The notes under the pieces: generated by a model
The model's input: only the letters and a program-made list of their open reading frames with translations
Databases searched by the model: none
What the model was told of the DNA's origin: nothing
Made by a program: the position numbers and the translations under genes
Assembly: GCF_036365525.1 (NCBI RefSeq)
Contig: NC_090396.1
Location: 65,010,429-65,074,428, forward strand
Origin: Heterodontus francisci
Taxonomy: Eukaryota
Direction: 5' to 3'
Length of the DNA stretch: 64,000 bases
Shown here: positions 1-11,915 of the stretch, in pieces
Position numbering within the stretch: the stretch's first letter is position 1
Layout of the letters: every line of letters begins with the position of its first letter

Positions 1-2384
1 ATTCGGTGTCTTCACTGATTTGTATTTTTCTTTTTTATTTAAATGTTAACTCATTGGTTTGTCTAGTATGTTTTTATATTTAATATAGTATTGAGCACTA
101 ATCACTTTCATAATGATATGGAACTAATTAAAGAGGAGCCTTTGCTGAATGTCTGACATTGAGTGCCATCATTTAATAGCTCCGGATACAAGCTTTGGTG
201 GTCAGATATTGAAGAATGGGTCTGCCTTTTGGAGAATGGGCGAGTGGAGGAACATTGCAACAAACAGCTACTGTTGGCTTGGGACAGGAAACCCACAGGT
301 CTGAGATTCCACTCTCTTCGGTTAGAGATGTTCTAGATATTTACTCCTGGTCAGACTCAGCATAGTGTACTGCTCTACCCTCTACAAATCCTGTCAGTTT
401 TCCATACTTGGTAAGAGTGCAATTTCTCTGTGCACTACAAGATTGCATAGAATCCAAACCCTTTCGTGTGGGTTTGGCTTCCATTTTATTTTAATCTTTA
501 AATCACTATAAACATGAGCATGCATTTGCATGCCTGTGCTTTTTATTTTTGCACAGTGAGGTCTACCTGCACCCACCCCCCCACTTGAAATAGCCATTAA
601 GTGTAGCCATCCTGCAGGTTGGTGAGAGGAGGCACAGTGCAGGAAAAATTCAAAACCTGACAGCTGCAGAATGAATTGTTTGCCCAACAGAGTAATTTGA
701 AGGTCCAATGAACGTAGTGGAGCAATTGTTACTTGGAAAAGGGTAACGTAGACACTACACTTATTTAACTAGGATGACATCCTCGAGGTCTTGGAGCACT
801 GACTGCTTTTTACTAGTTTGTGTCAGTAAATCAGTCAGACCAGCTAAAGGATTCTGCACTTTAATATCTAACTTAACATTGTGCCCTGAAGGAAATGTTT
901 TGTCTATTGCAATGTGGGAAGTTTCACTGATTTAAGAGGTTTAGTTTTGTGATTTTTTTTTTTTTGTCAAGGCCCTTTATCTAATCTTTTTTTAAAAACC
1001 TAGTGTACACAAGGTGAAAGTGTCTGCATTGCACTGATCCTGTGTTAGCACAGGGCATCATTGGCACTGAGCAGGAACTTCAGATCGAGTGCCTTTGAAT
1101 ACTGCATGATAAATACTCCACCCCTCGTCACTAAATGTTAGAGTAAAACAAAATAAGCAGACTCTAGCCCCTGTAAATCAACAAATCTTTTATTATCGCA
1201 GTTGATTAAACTACTTTTGAAAGTACTCCTGGTGTTTCTGGACTCCAAGAGGTTGAGGAGATTACACTATTTAGGGTTGTATTCCCTGGAATTTAGAAGA
1301 TTTAAGGGATGATTTGATCGAAGCTCAAGATATTAAGGGGAACACAGAGAAAACTACTCTTTCTGCTGGTTGAGGAGTCCAGGACTAGGTAATAGCCTAA
1401 AAATTAGAGCTCGGACTTTCAGGAATGAAGTTGGGGAAACCCTTTTCTACGCACAAAGGGTGGTTAGAAGTTTGGAACTCCTTCCAAAAGCCAGTTACTG
1501 CTTGGTCAATTAATTTCAAATCTGAGATTGATAGCTTTCATTTAAGCAAAGGTATTGAGAGATATGGGGCAAAGGGTGGGTATAAGGAGTTAGGTCACAA
1601 ATCAGCCATAATCTCTCTGAATGGCATTACAGGCTCTGGACTAAATGGCTGCCTCCTGTTCCTATGTTCTATGATCAGGATGGTGGGTGACTGGCTGGTC
1701 CTTTTTTTTTTCTTTGAGTTTTCTGTAACTGCATGCTATATATCAGTTTGTGGTTTTAGGAGGCACAAGAATGCTCTTCCATTTGAATGATATGAAATCA
1801 GCAGCCTGCTTAGGATTCCTTGCTCAGAGGTTAAATGCACAACACTATGAAAATAGCCCTGTGCATTTACCAGCCCCCTCCAGTGTGTCTGGCACGTGCT
1901 CTTCTGAAGCACAAGGAACATGTATCTGCTAATTGCAGTTTATATTGTTTTACGTCTAAACAGATTTTAGTAAGGGGAACTATGGAACTTCCTGATTGGT
2001 GTGGCTATGCTATATTACATTGTACAAGCTCTAAACTACACTCACACAAATCTAGCGTCATTTATAAAGAAGCTGGAGTGAACAATAATTCAATATTGCT
2101 TTAACACGAGTGTACTGTTAAATCCACCACAGTTTCTGTTCTTCAAAGCCCTGAACACCACTCTGCAGGTCAAGTTGACCTCTCCCTCCCTCTCTCTCAC
2201 TCTCTTTCTCACCATGTCCTCCTCTCACATGCAGTCCATAATTTGCTTCTCCAATAACAAGGGCAGTGATGTTCTCCTCTATACAATTACTCTGAGCCAT
2301 CCGTTGTATGCTGTCCATCTCTGGGCTCTGGTGAATATGTTCTTAGCAGAGCCAGGTGCTGAGGAGGGAGAGTTTTGTTTGTCT

Positions 2385-2562
2385 TCAAGGTAAGCGTTTG
2401 CCCTTGTGATGTGAGTGAAGCCATTTCAAGACCTTGTCCAGCCCTCTGCCATCGTGTGCACTAACTTCCAGCATGCTGATGTGCTGCTTGGCGCAGGCAA
2501 CTATATCATCCATCCTGAATAGGCTTTTCATTTCCACAAGGGACATGTGGCAGGGCAGGTCA
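2385..2562 (-). CDS. ARL16: ARL16 terminal coding exon (DLPCHMSLVEMKSLFRMDDI...KRLP*)
   Basis: TTTCAG acceptor, TGA stop at 2387-2385; lies within ORF 2385..2594. Confidence 0.94.
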
Positions 2563-5500
2563 CTGAAATGAAAATAAACTTTAATTATTCCCATTCATTT
2601 ATATATTTAAGATGTTAATCCTCACTCAGGAAGCTATTGCTTTTTATCTTCTTGTAAAAATGAGGAACTGAAAGAAATTATCAATAAAGAGATAGTACTC
2701 AATTAATTGGATTGAAAGTTGATAAATACCCTGGACCAGATGAGCTACATCCCAGAATTTTGAAGGAGGTGGCTATAGAGATTTGTGGTTATCTTTCAAA
2801 ATTCTATAGATTCTGGAAGTATTCCTGTAGACTGGAAAGTAGCAAATGCAGCCCTACTATTTAAGAGCAAGAGAAAAGTGAGAACTACAGACCTGTTACT
2901 TTGTCAGTAGATTAGATTAGAGATACAGCACTGAAACAGGCCCTTCGGCCCACCGAGTCTGTGCCGACCATCAACCACCCATTTATACTAATCCTACACT
3001 AATCCCATATTCCTACCAAACATCCCCACCTGTCCCTATATTTCCCTACCATCTACCTATACTAGTGACAATTTATAATGGCCAATTTACCTACCAACCT
3101 GCAAGTCTTTTGGCTTGTGGGAGGAAACCGGAGCACCCGGAGAAAACCCACGCAGACACAGGGAGAACTTGCAAACTCCACACAGGCAGTACCCAGAATC
3201 GAACCCGGGTCCCTGGAGCTGTGAGGCTGCAGTGCTAACCACTGCACCGCAACATTTGCCGTAGGGCAAATGTTAGAATCTATTATAAAGGATGTGATAA
3301 CTGGATGCTTGAAAAAGAATATTGGGCAGAGTCAACATGGATTTATGAATGAGAAATCCTGTTTGACAAACCTGTTGGAGTTTTTTGAGGATGTTACTTG
3401 TAGCATAGATAAAGGAAAACCAGTGGATGTGGTGTATTTGGATTTTCAGAAGGCTTTTGATAAGGTCCTACACAGGTTAGTAAACAAAATTACAGCACAT
3501 GGGATTGGGGGTAATATAATGCCATGGATTGAGAATTAGTTAACAGACCGAGCATAGAAATAAATGGGTCATTCTCGGGATGGCAGGCTGTTACTACTGG
3601 GGTACCACAAGGATTAGTACTGGAGCCACAACTGTTCACAATCTATATAAATGATTTTGGATGTGGGGACCAAATCTAGTAATTCCAAGTTTGGTGATGA
3701 CACAAAACTAGGTGGGAATGTAAATTGTGAGGAGAATGCAAGGAGGCTTCAAGGGGATTTGGATAGGCTAGGTGAATGGGCAAGAACAAGGAAAATGGAA
3801 TATGATGTGAATAAGTGGGAAGTGATCTACTTTGGTAGAAAAAAAGAGTATTAAATGGTGAGAAGTTGGGAAGTGTTGTCCAAAGGGACCTGGGTGTCCT
3901 TGTTAATGAGTCACTAAAAGCCAGTATGCAGGTGCAACAAGCAATTAGGAAGGCAAATGGTATGTTGGCCTTCATTGCAAGGGGATTTGAGTACAGGAGT
4001 AAAGATGTATTGATTCAGTTGTATAAAGCCTTGGTGAGACCTGACCTGGACATTTGGTCTCCTTATCTAAGAAGGGATGTACCTGCCACACGGAGTGCAA
4101 TTGAGATTCACCAGACTAATCCCTAGGATGGTGCGATTTGTCTTGAGAGATTGCAGAAACTGGGCCTGTGTTCTCTAGAGTTTTGAAGAATGAATGAGAG
4201 GTGATCTCATTGAAACTTACAAAATTCTTACAGGATGTGATGGGGTTAGAATGTTTCTTTTGGCTGGTGAGTCTAGAACCAGGAGACAGTCTCAGAATAA
4301 AGGGCAGGCCATTTACAACAGAGATTAGGAGGAATTTCTTCACTGAGGGTGGGAAATCTTTGGAATTCTCTACCCCAGAGGGCTGTGGAAGCTCAATCAT
4401 TGAGCATATTCAAGACAGAAGTCGATAAATTTCTGAATGCTAGCGGCATTAATGGCTATGAGGATAGTGTAGAGGTAATCGATAGCTGTGCTCTGTTTGA
4501 ATGGCAGAGCAGGCTCGATGGGCTGAATGGTCTACTCCTGCTCCTATTTCCTATGTTCCTCTCCTCATCTCACCTTTCAATCCAAACTGTTTGAGCTTCT
4601 AGCTAGAACCTTACCCTTGAGCCTTTTTGTATTTGAGGGGTGTTTTATGGAATTACATAGTATCTACAGCACAAACAAGCCATTTCGCCCAACTGCTCCA
4701 TGTCATTGCTCCACATGAATCTCCTTTCCCATCCCTTTTTATCTAACCCAAGTAATACCATCCTTTGCACCAGCTACAGGTGTCGGTACAGCACAGGTCA
4801 GATGTAGATTGAAGTTTCCTTTACTCTGCCTAACACTGTACCCTTACCCCAAACCTCAGGATGACAACCTTTACTGAACTATTGTGACCTTTCCGTTTCC
4901 CAAACGCCTCACCCTTGTAACTTGACTGAGCCTAACCAGGGGCAGAAGCAACTGTGTCCAAGACCACCACAAGAAAGGAAGGTTTAAAGGAATCAAACCT
5001 GTGCTATTTACCATTCTTAATGGAGAGAAGGGACTATTAAAATAGTTCACTATGCTGGATTCAAACACTGGGGCCATGACTACTTCACACTCACACTGCC
5101 TCTCCTTGGGCCTGTACTTACACTTTGTTGAAGAGAATTAGGACTGAAGCTTGCTGCAGTTGCTCGGCTGCAAGAACGGAGAGAAGCTGAATACAGGAAG
5201 AGGAAATCTGAGTGGGATTGGCAGCGTCGATCAGGAACTAGGAGGAAAACATTCACTTTTTAGAGGCAGTGTAAAACTCTAACATTAGCATATCAATTGC
5301 AGGACTTGCTGGAGCTAATGTCTTATCTTGTGTGATAGCAGGAGAGGCCTACTCTCTACTATGTCGCTGTGGGCAAACACCTAAGCATAGAGGAGATGTT
5401 TCTTCTGGGAATGGGAAAGGTGTAGGGTCTGGCTGCTCTGATGAAGCTATCATTATAAAATAGTACAGGCACTGGCCCAGCAGCAACTTCCCTACCTGCC

Positions 5501-8500
5501 CACCCTCAGAGTATGATGCAAGCTGTAGGGAGACCATGCAGAAAGAAACAAATAGCCCACCCCTTAAAATAAATGCAATATTCTGGCTATTGAATAAATA
5601 ATGGTATGGTGTTAACGTCACTGTAGGAACCCCTGTTAAAATGAAATTAAAAGTGCAAGAGATTATTTCTGTCCTGCGCCTGCTATCACTGAAGTTGCCA
5701 AACAAGATGTAAAAGCATCTTGTCTGCGCTTCCAGTCCTGTTGTGCTTTCTATATATTGGTCTGTGATGCTGGAGAGATTCAAATCTGCTGATACTCACT
5801 ATCACAGCCTCGCAGTCGCTGTAGTAACTCTGCCAGATAGGCCCCATGCAGCCTCCTAGTTCTCGAACGGTAATCTTCCTTTTATTAACCATGATATCTG
5901 TTAAATTAGTTCCCACCTGCAGGCAAAGCAGACTGATAATGTCAAACACCTCCCTGGACAAGATGAGATTTTGTTCTAAGACATAGTTGGAAGTGCGAAT
6001 AATTAATGTCACAGTAGGAGTTGTATAGAATTTACAGCACAGAAACAGGCCAGTCAGCCAAAACTGGACTGTGCCGGTGTTTGCTACACACGAGCCTTCT
6101 CCCACCCGTTCACTTAACCCTATCTGTATATCCTATTTCTTTCCTTGTGCTTATCTACTTTAACTGCATCAGTGCTAGCCACCCCAAACATGTGGTTAAG
6201 TTTGACACTCTGGGGAGAGAGGTTTGAAATGGTATAGATTGATTGTGTTAAACTGGGTTAGTAACAGTTCTGATGTTCTCTGGCTCATTTACATTTTCAC
6301 TGACTCATTGCAGATTCTCATTGTCACTCCATCTTTCCTGAACTGTTGAGATTTCAAGTTCAAATCCACTTTTCCTCCTGCAAGCTTGAAGACCCCAAGT
6401 ACAGTGTCACCTAATCACCTTGTCCTGATTTATCTTGCTCTTTGTTTTGCCGTGGTTCAACATTGCTGCTGGCTTGTCTAATGGACTTTGGCCCTTTTGT
6501 CTAGGTTTCCCCACTTTTAAAAAGGCAGCAGCTTTAACGTGGATATGCTGATTACACTGAGTATGTCTGAGCTGGCCTTATCTCTACTCCTAACGCTGTG
6601 GAGATGTTCCAGCAGTCTGCATGAAAAACAATGGCACTCAGCTGAAGCGACCATCCTGTTGCTGTGAGGCCACAGTGGAGTGAAGCACAGGAGGAGGGTG
6701 TGGACAGGAGGTGGAGGCTCCATCTTCCATGAATAAGAATCTCTTAGCCTGAGCCAGCTATTATTTCACATGAAGTAATATTTATTTAGATGGTAGTAGC
6801 CTATGCCAAGTCATTAAAAAGATGAATAAACTAGGGCTAAAGACAGCCTTCCTTTACAAAGCTGAAAGATCTACAATAAAGAACAACCTCTACCTAAGTG
6901 TCAGTTTGACTCAATTGATAGTACAGAAAATCAGGTGGTTGTGAGGTATTGATATCAGCACATAAGCTAGGCTGATATGGCACTTAATGCCGCATTTCCG
7001 GAGGTGCTGTCTTTCGGATGAGACATTAAGTGTAGGTCCTGTACACCCATCAAAAACTCCAGGTTGCATAATCTCCAATGGACCTAATCTGAATTTGAAG
7101 ACAGCACCACTTGTGAACTACTGTTTCCCCATAAGAATCCTCCAGCTTCCCTGCGTGAGACCAAAAGTTTAGTTCCAAGTGTAAGCCTTGGCTCAATAGC
7201 AGCATTCTCAATACTGAGTCAGAGGTTCCACTCTAGGCTGGTACTTCACTGCAGGGTGTGCTGCACTCTGAGGTGCACCTTTCAGGTAAGACTTTCAACC
7301 GAAAGCAAGGGACTTCTCTTGAGGTCCCGGCCACTATTTATCCCTCAAATCAGCAAAAATCACAAACAGATTTTGTAGCCACTTAACACACTGCAGTTTC
7401 TTCACAAATTTGCTGCTACATTTTCCAACATTGCAACAAGACTGTTTCAAAGGCTATAAAGCTTTGGGACATCCTGAGCAACCAATGATTTCAAAACAAA
7501 ATTGGATGGGTACTTGAAAGAAATAAACATGCAGGGCTATGGGGATCGAGTGGGGGAGGGGGACTGACTGGATTACTCCGCTGAGCCAACATGGATTTGA
7601 CGGGCTGAATGGCCTTTTATGCCATAAACGACTATGACAATAAGAACAGGAGTAGACCATTCAACCCCTCGAGTCTGTTCTGCAATGTGAAGGGCATTAT
7701 ACATTTCTAAATTATAGCCAGTTTAGTACTGTAGACTCATCTGTTAGGATCTTGCACGAAATAAGTTTCTTGCAGCCAGTCGATAGGACTTTTGTCCCAA
7801 TCAACAGTATTTCCAACACTGACAATTTACTCACCAGTCTTGTGATCTGTAATTTAATGATCACACTTCAGGCGGGAAATTTAAACACTGATGCTACATT
7901 TAACTTTCCTCAAGAAATAGAGGCGAATGGGAAAATGAAAATCCACAAGTTGCAAAAGTCAGCAAAGCTGTTAGATTGTAATTTATTAGAGATGGAGGGG
8001 CAATCCAGACCCTCACTGGATGTTCTAAGAACTACCACTCATAATACATAAAGCTTTGCTGCAAGTCTTTTATTGTGAACACATTAATCCAGTCTGCATA
8101 TACCGTGGGAAGTGTAGGTGGGGGTTCTCCTAGTTCATCAGTGCTTTCTTTCAAACTCATCTGTGCATATCTGTCAAGGAAAAATATGGAATATCTAATT
8201 AAATTAGATAAATTCACACCACATTCTACAAATACTGATGTCTGTTCGAAGCTTGAAAACAATTTGTCCTCCTTATAAAATTGCTGATATTTGCACCGTT
8301 TTTAAAGAGTCAGAAGTTTGTGGGTTCTAGTCCCACTCATGAGACTTGAACATAGAATTCTGGGCTGACGTGCCAGTGTAGTACTGAGGGAGTGCACTGT
8401 CAGAGATGCCCCAAAGCCCCATCTGTTCCCTCAGGCTGGGGTCAAAGATACTATTGCATTATTTCAAAGAATAGCAGGGGAGTTATCTGACCAATATTCA

Positions 8501-11354
8501 TTTCTCAAAACGCCTAAAACAGATTATCAGGATATTATCTGATTGTGGTTTGTGAGATCTTGCTGCACACAAGTTGGTCGCCAGGTTTCTTACAAAAGTG
8601 ACCACTTTAAAAGTATTTCTTCGGATGTAAAGCATTTTGCGAAGTTCTGATGTTGTGAAAGGCGCTATGTCAATGCAAGTCTTTCTTTCTTTACATTTTA
8701 TCAATACTTTTTCCCAACTGATCCTGGTTTTTTTCCCTCCCTCTCCAGCCTCCAGCTAGTATACTTCTCTTTCGCTCTCCATGCTATCTACCATCGCCTT
8801 TGGCTTCTGACTTCCTCACAGCACTCCATTAAATGCTGCACCATGAGACAAGTACTAAGACATGAAAGCAACCCAGGGAGGATAAAAAAAAACTTAATTT
8901 CTAACTGTTAGAAGAAATTACCCTTAATCCCCCTTGTCTTTCAGAGATGTTAAAATCAGGCCCCACCTGCCCGCTCAGGTGACTGTAAAAGATCCCTTGG
9001 CACTATTTTGAAGAGCAGAGGCCTTGTCCTGGCCAATATTTATCCCTCAACCAACATCCCTGAAAACAGATGATCTGTTCATTATCACATTGCTGTTAGT
9101 GGGAGCTTGCTGTGCACAAATTGGCTGCCGCATTTCCTACAACAGTGACTACACTTCAAAAGTATTTCATTGGCTGAAAGTACTTTGGGACATCCTGTAA
9201 GATGAAAGGTGCTATAGAAATCCAAGTCTTTCTTTGTATGCTGTTACTTAAATGCTACTTTACATTTTATTATGGTGGTGTAATAATCTAGGTGCAACTA
9301 AACAATTCAGCAGAGTCTGCCTGACTGTTTTGGATCATGTTATTGAATCAGATTCTTGCTGAATGGCCCCTATAGTCCTGCTGATTTATTCAGTAAGTGG
9401 CTGAGCCAGAAAGACCCCTGGCTCATTCTCTAGTCTGTGCTGAGTTAGTCAATGCCAGGCCTGCTGTAGAAATTCTAAAAAAAAAGTACAAGGTTAAAAG
9501 CATAACATTTGATTAAATGCAGAAATATGTATAATAGAGAGACAGAAGTCATGAGCTATTTTCATCCCTAACATTTTACAATGCTGTGCCACAACTAGAT
9601 TACACTGATTATAGTGTGCAGTAACCATTTTAAAATAAAGACTTTTCAACAGGAAAAGAATCATATAAAATTTGATATTTAAAATCACATTTGCATGGTA
9701 TTTAAAAATAGTAGTTTGTGTGAAATCTAAAATCACATCAGTTTACAACAGTGACTACATTTCAAGAGTACTTCATTGCTAAAGCACTTTGAAACATCCT
9801 GAGGTCATGAACAGCACTAAATAAAGTTTTCTATTGAATACTGTTAAAATCACATATTTAAAGGCACGCACACAGGCCGAATGGAATTTAAAGGCAAACA
9901 CACAGGCCAAATGGAATTTAAAGGCACACACACAGGCCGAATGGAATTTAAAAGGCATCGACAGTATTTAAAGGCATACACACACAGAATGGTATGGTAT
10001 TTAAAGGCACACACACCAAATGGTGTGGAATTTAAAGGCGCGCACACACACAGACTGGATGGAATTTAAAGGCGCGCACACACACAGACTGGATGGAATT
10101 TAAAGGCATGCACACACACTGACTGAATGGAATTTAAAGGCACAGACAGTATTTAAAGGTGCACACACACAGAATGGTATGGTATTTAAAGGCACACACA
10201 AAGAATGGTATGAATTTAAAGGCGCGCACACACACAGACTGAATGGTATTTAAAGGCACGCACACACACAGACTGAATGGAATTTAAAGGCGTGCACACA
10301 CACAGACTGAATGGAATTTAAAGGCACACACACACAAAGACTGAATGGAGTTTAAAGGCACACACACACAAAGACTGAATGGAATTTAAAGGCACACACA
10401 CACAAAGACTGAATGGAATTTAAAGGCACACACAAAGACTGAATGGAATTTAAAGGCACACACACAGACTGAATGGAATTTAAAGGCACACATACACACA
10501 AAGACTGAATGGNNNNNNNNNNNNNNNNNNNNNNNNNNNNNNNNNNNNNNNNNNNNNNNNNNNNNNNNNNNNNNNNNNNNNNNNNNNNNNNNNNNNNNNN
10601 NNNNNNNNNNNNNNNNNNNNNNNNNNNNNNNNNNNNNNNNNNNNNNNNNNNNNNNNNNNNNNNNNNNNNNNNNNNNNNNNNNNNNNNNNNNNNNNNNNNN
10701 NNNNNNNNNNNNNNNNNNNNNNNNNNNNNNNNNNNNNNNNNNNNNNNNNNNNNNNNNNNNNNNNNNNNNNNNNNNNNNNNNNNNNNNNNNNNNNNNNNNN
10801 NNNNNNNNNNNNNNNNNNNNNNNNNNNNNNNNNNNNNNNNNNNNNNNNNNNNNNNNNNNNNNNNNNNNNNNNNNNNNNNNNNNNNNNNNNNNNNNNNNNN
10901 NNNNNNNNNNNNNNNNNNNNNNNNNNNNNNNNNNNNNNNNNNNNCGCACAAAGACTGAATGGAATTTAAAGGCACACACACACACAAAGACTGAATGGAA
11001 TTTAAAGGCACACACACACNNNNNNNNNNNNNNNNNNNNNNNNNNNNNNNNNNNNNNNNNNNNNNNNNNNNNNNNNNNNNNNNNNNNNNNNNNNNNNNNN
11101 NNNNNNNNNNNNNNNNNNNNNNNNNNNNNNNNNNNNNNNNNNNNNNNNNNNNNNNNNNCACAGACTGAATGGAATTTAAAAGCACAGACAATATTTAAAG
11201 GCACATACAGATTGTGTGCTCTTTAAGCATCACACACAATGTGTGCGGTATTTTGAAGTCATACAGTCTTCGTGTTGTTGTTAGAAAGGATATTTTGTAA
11301 TCTCTTGAGCAGCAGAGTTTTGCCCACACCAGTAGCTCCCAAAAGCAGACACAT
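2385..11354 (-). CDS. ARL16: ADP-ribosylation factor-like protein 16 (ARL16), whole CDS span, 5 coding exons, 176 aa
   Basis: Exons 11354-11294, 8162-8104, 5916-5800, 5237-5122 and 2562-2385 join in phase (531 nt) to give MCLLLGATGVGKTLLLKRLQKMSLKESTDELGEPPPTLPTVGTNLTDI...RELGGCMGPIW...FLIDAANPTQISSSCIQLL...FNKVDLP...; P-loop GATGVGKT and the ARL16-typical RELGG G3 variant; head-to-head with HGS as in mammals. Confidence 0.96.
2655..4560 (+). mobile_element. Degenerate CR1-type LINE, RT and 3' portion, interrupted by a SINE
   Basis: Broken ORFs 3270-4594 with CR1 RT motifs (QHGF...SCLTNLLEFFE, VYLDFQKAFDKV, KFGDDTKLGG) and the CR1 3' tail (GGGCTGAATGGTCTACTCCTGCTCCTATTTCCTATG). Confidence 0.85.
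2910..3260 (-). mobile_element. tRNA-derived V-SINE (HE1-like) inserted in the CR1 copy
   Basis: Minus strand has A/B boxes (GGTGCAGTGGTTAGC...GGTTCGATTCT), the V-domain core (plus strand GGAGGAAACCGGAGCACCCGGAGAAAACCCACGCAGAC) and a CR1-like tail. Confidence 0.8.
5122..5237 (-). CDS. ARL16: ARL16 coding exon 4 (FLIDAANPTQISSSCIQLLSVLAAEQLQQASVLILFNK)
   Basis: TAG acceptor after a pyrimidine tract, GTAAGT donor, 116 nt. Confidence 0.94.
5800..5916 (-). CDS. ARL16: ARL16 coding exon 3 (VGTNLTDI...RELGGCMGPIWQSYYSDCEAVI)
   Basis: CAG acceptor, GTGAGT donor, 117 nt; lies within ORF 5686..6105. Confidence 0.95.
8104..8162 (-). CDS. ARL16: ARL16 coding exon 2 (KMSLKESTDELGEPPPTLPT)
   Basis: Preceded by U12 branch TTCCTTGAC and an AC acceptor; ends ACG|GTATAT; 59 nt restores frame. 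Confidence 0.9.
8310..8690 (+). mobile_element. Deu-domain SINE (SacSINE1/AmnSINE1-like)
   Basis: GTGGGTTCTAGTCCCACT head, CAGGGGAGTT...CCAATATT, CTTGCTGCACACAAGTTGG and GTGAAAGGCGCTAT..AATGCAAGTCTTTC tail; related copies at ~8940-9235, 30430-30810, 43530-43815, 51215-51660 and 52770-53080. Confidence 0.65.
9850..11210. repeat. Minisatellite, ~28-36 bp unit (CA)n-GACTGAATGGAATTTAAAGG, with two N gaps
   Basis: Directly visible tandem copies; N runs at ~10513-10944 and ~11020-11158. Confidence 0.92.
11294..11354 (-). CDS. ARL16: ARL16 coding exon 1 (MCLLLGATGVGKTLLLKRLQ, P-loop)
   Basis: ATG at 11354-11352; 61 nt followed by the U12 donor ATATCCTT. Confidence 0.93.
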
Positions 11355-11878
11355 GGCCCAAAGCGGTGGTGCGAAAGATAACAAGATGCTCGTCAATTAT
11401 TCCAATGCAAGTAAATAATTAGGCACTGTTTTTAAAAATAAAAAAGACGATGTTATGTTGGACACAGAAGCCACAGCTCCTCAGGCGGTTGCCAGGCAAC
11501 AAAACTGAACAGCCCGCGTCGCCTCCCTGTGACGTCATAAAACCCCTTTATCCAGGAATTTTTAAACAAAAATTATAATGTCGACCAGCCGCTCTCGCTT
11601 GGCATCTCCAAGCAGCACCGACTCCAGCCCCGCGTGACAATTTATTTTTTTAAACTGACGCTCATTTTGCGAGCCGCCCTCCCCGTGACGTCATAGGGGC
11701 GGAGCCGCCGGCGCGGTGTCTCCAGGTGACGTCAGAAATCAGCGACGCGGGCCCAGTGGAGGACCTCGAGAGTTGGAAGGAATTAGGAGGCCGCATAGCT
11801 GCCGGGATCGGGAGGAGACGAGAAGACAAGAAGACAACAACAGCCTGGGCGGGCACTGACAAAGAGCCGGCGAAGAGA
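11355..11878. promoter_or_regulatory. Bidirectional GC/CpG-rich promoter shared by ARL16 and HGS
   Basis: Divergent ATGs 524 bp apart; TGACGTCA at 11530-11537, 11686-11693 and 11727-11734; GC box GGGGCGGAGC 11696-11705; X-box GTTGCCAGGCAAC 11488-11500. Confidence 0.8.
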
Positions 11879-11915
11879 ATGGGGAAAGGCAGCGGCCCGT
11901 TCGAGCGGCTTCTCG
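11879..11915 (+). CDS. HGS: HGS exon 1 (MGKGSGPFERLL)
   Basis: ATG 11879, donor G|GTAAG. Confidence 0.93.

Larger units (their letters stand above)
8163..11293 (-). other. ARL16: U12-type (minor spliceosome) AT-AC intron 1 of ARL16
   Basis: 5' end ATATCCTTT (11293 downward), branch site TTCCTTGAC (8181-8173) about 10 nt before the terminal AC (8164-8163); this junction keeps the reading frame. Confidence 0.9.

Noticed and set aside
1-2384. Possible 3' end of an upstream gene (CCDC137 expected by synteny) and the ARL16 polyA site
   Set aside because: No recognisable coding exon; several AATAAA-type hexamers on the minus strand cannot be told apart without transcript data.
3190-3255. tRNA-like A/B boxes on the minus strand
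   Set aside because: This is the head of a V-SINE, followed by the V core and a CR1 tail, not a tRNA gene.
10352-11204. ORFs of 149-279 aa containing X runs
   Set aside because: Artefacts of N gaps within a tandem repeat.
9850-11210. CRISPR-like appearance of regularly spaced repeats (also 47.9 kb and 57.6 kb)
   Set aside because: There are no unique spacers and no cas genes, and the context is eukaryotic; these are simple tandem minisatellites.
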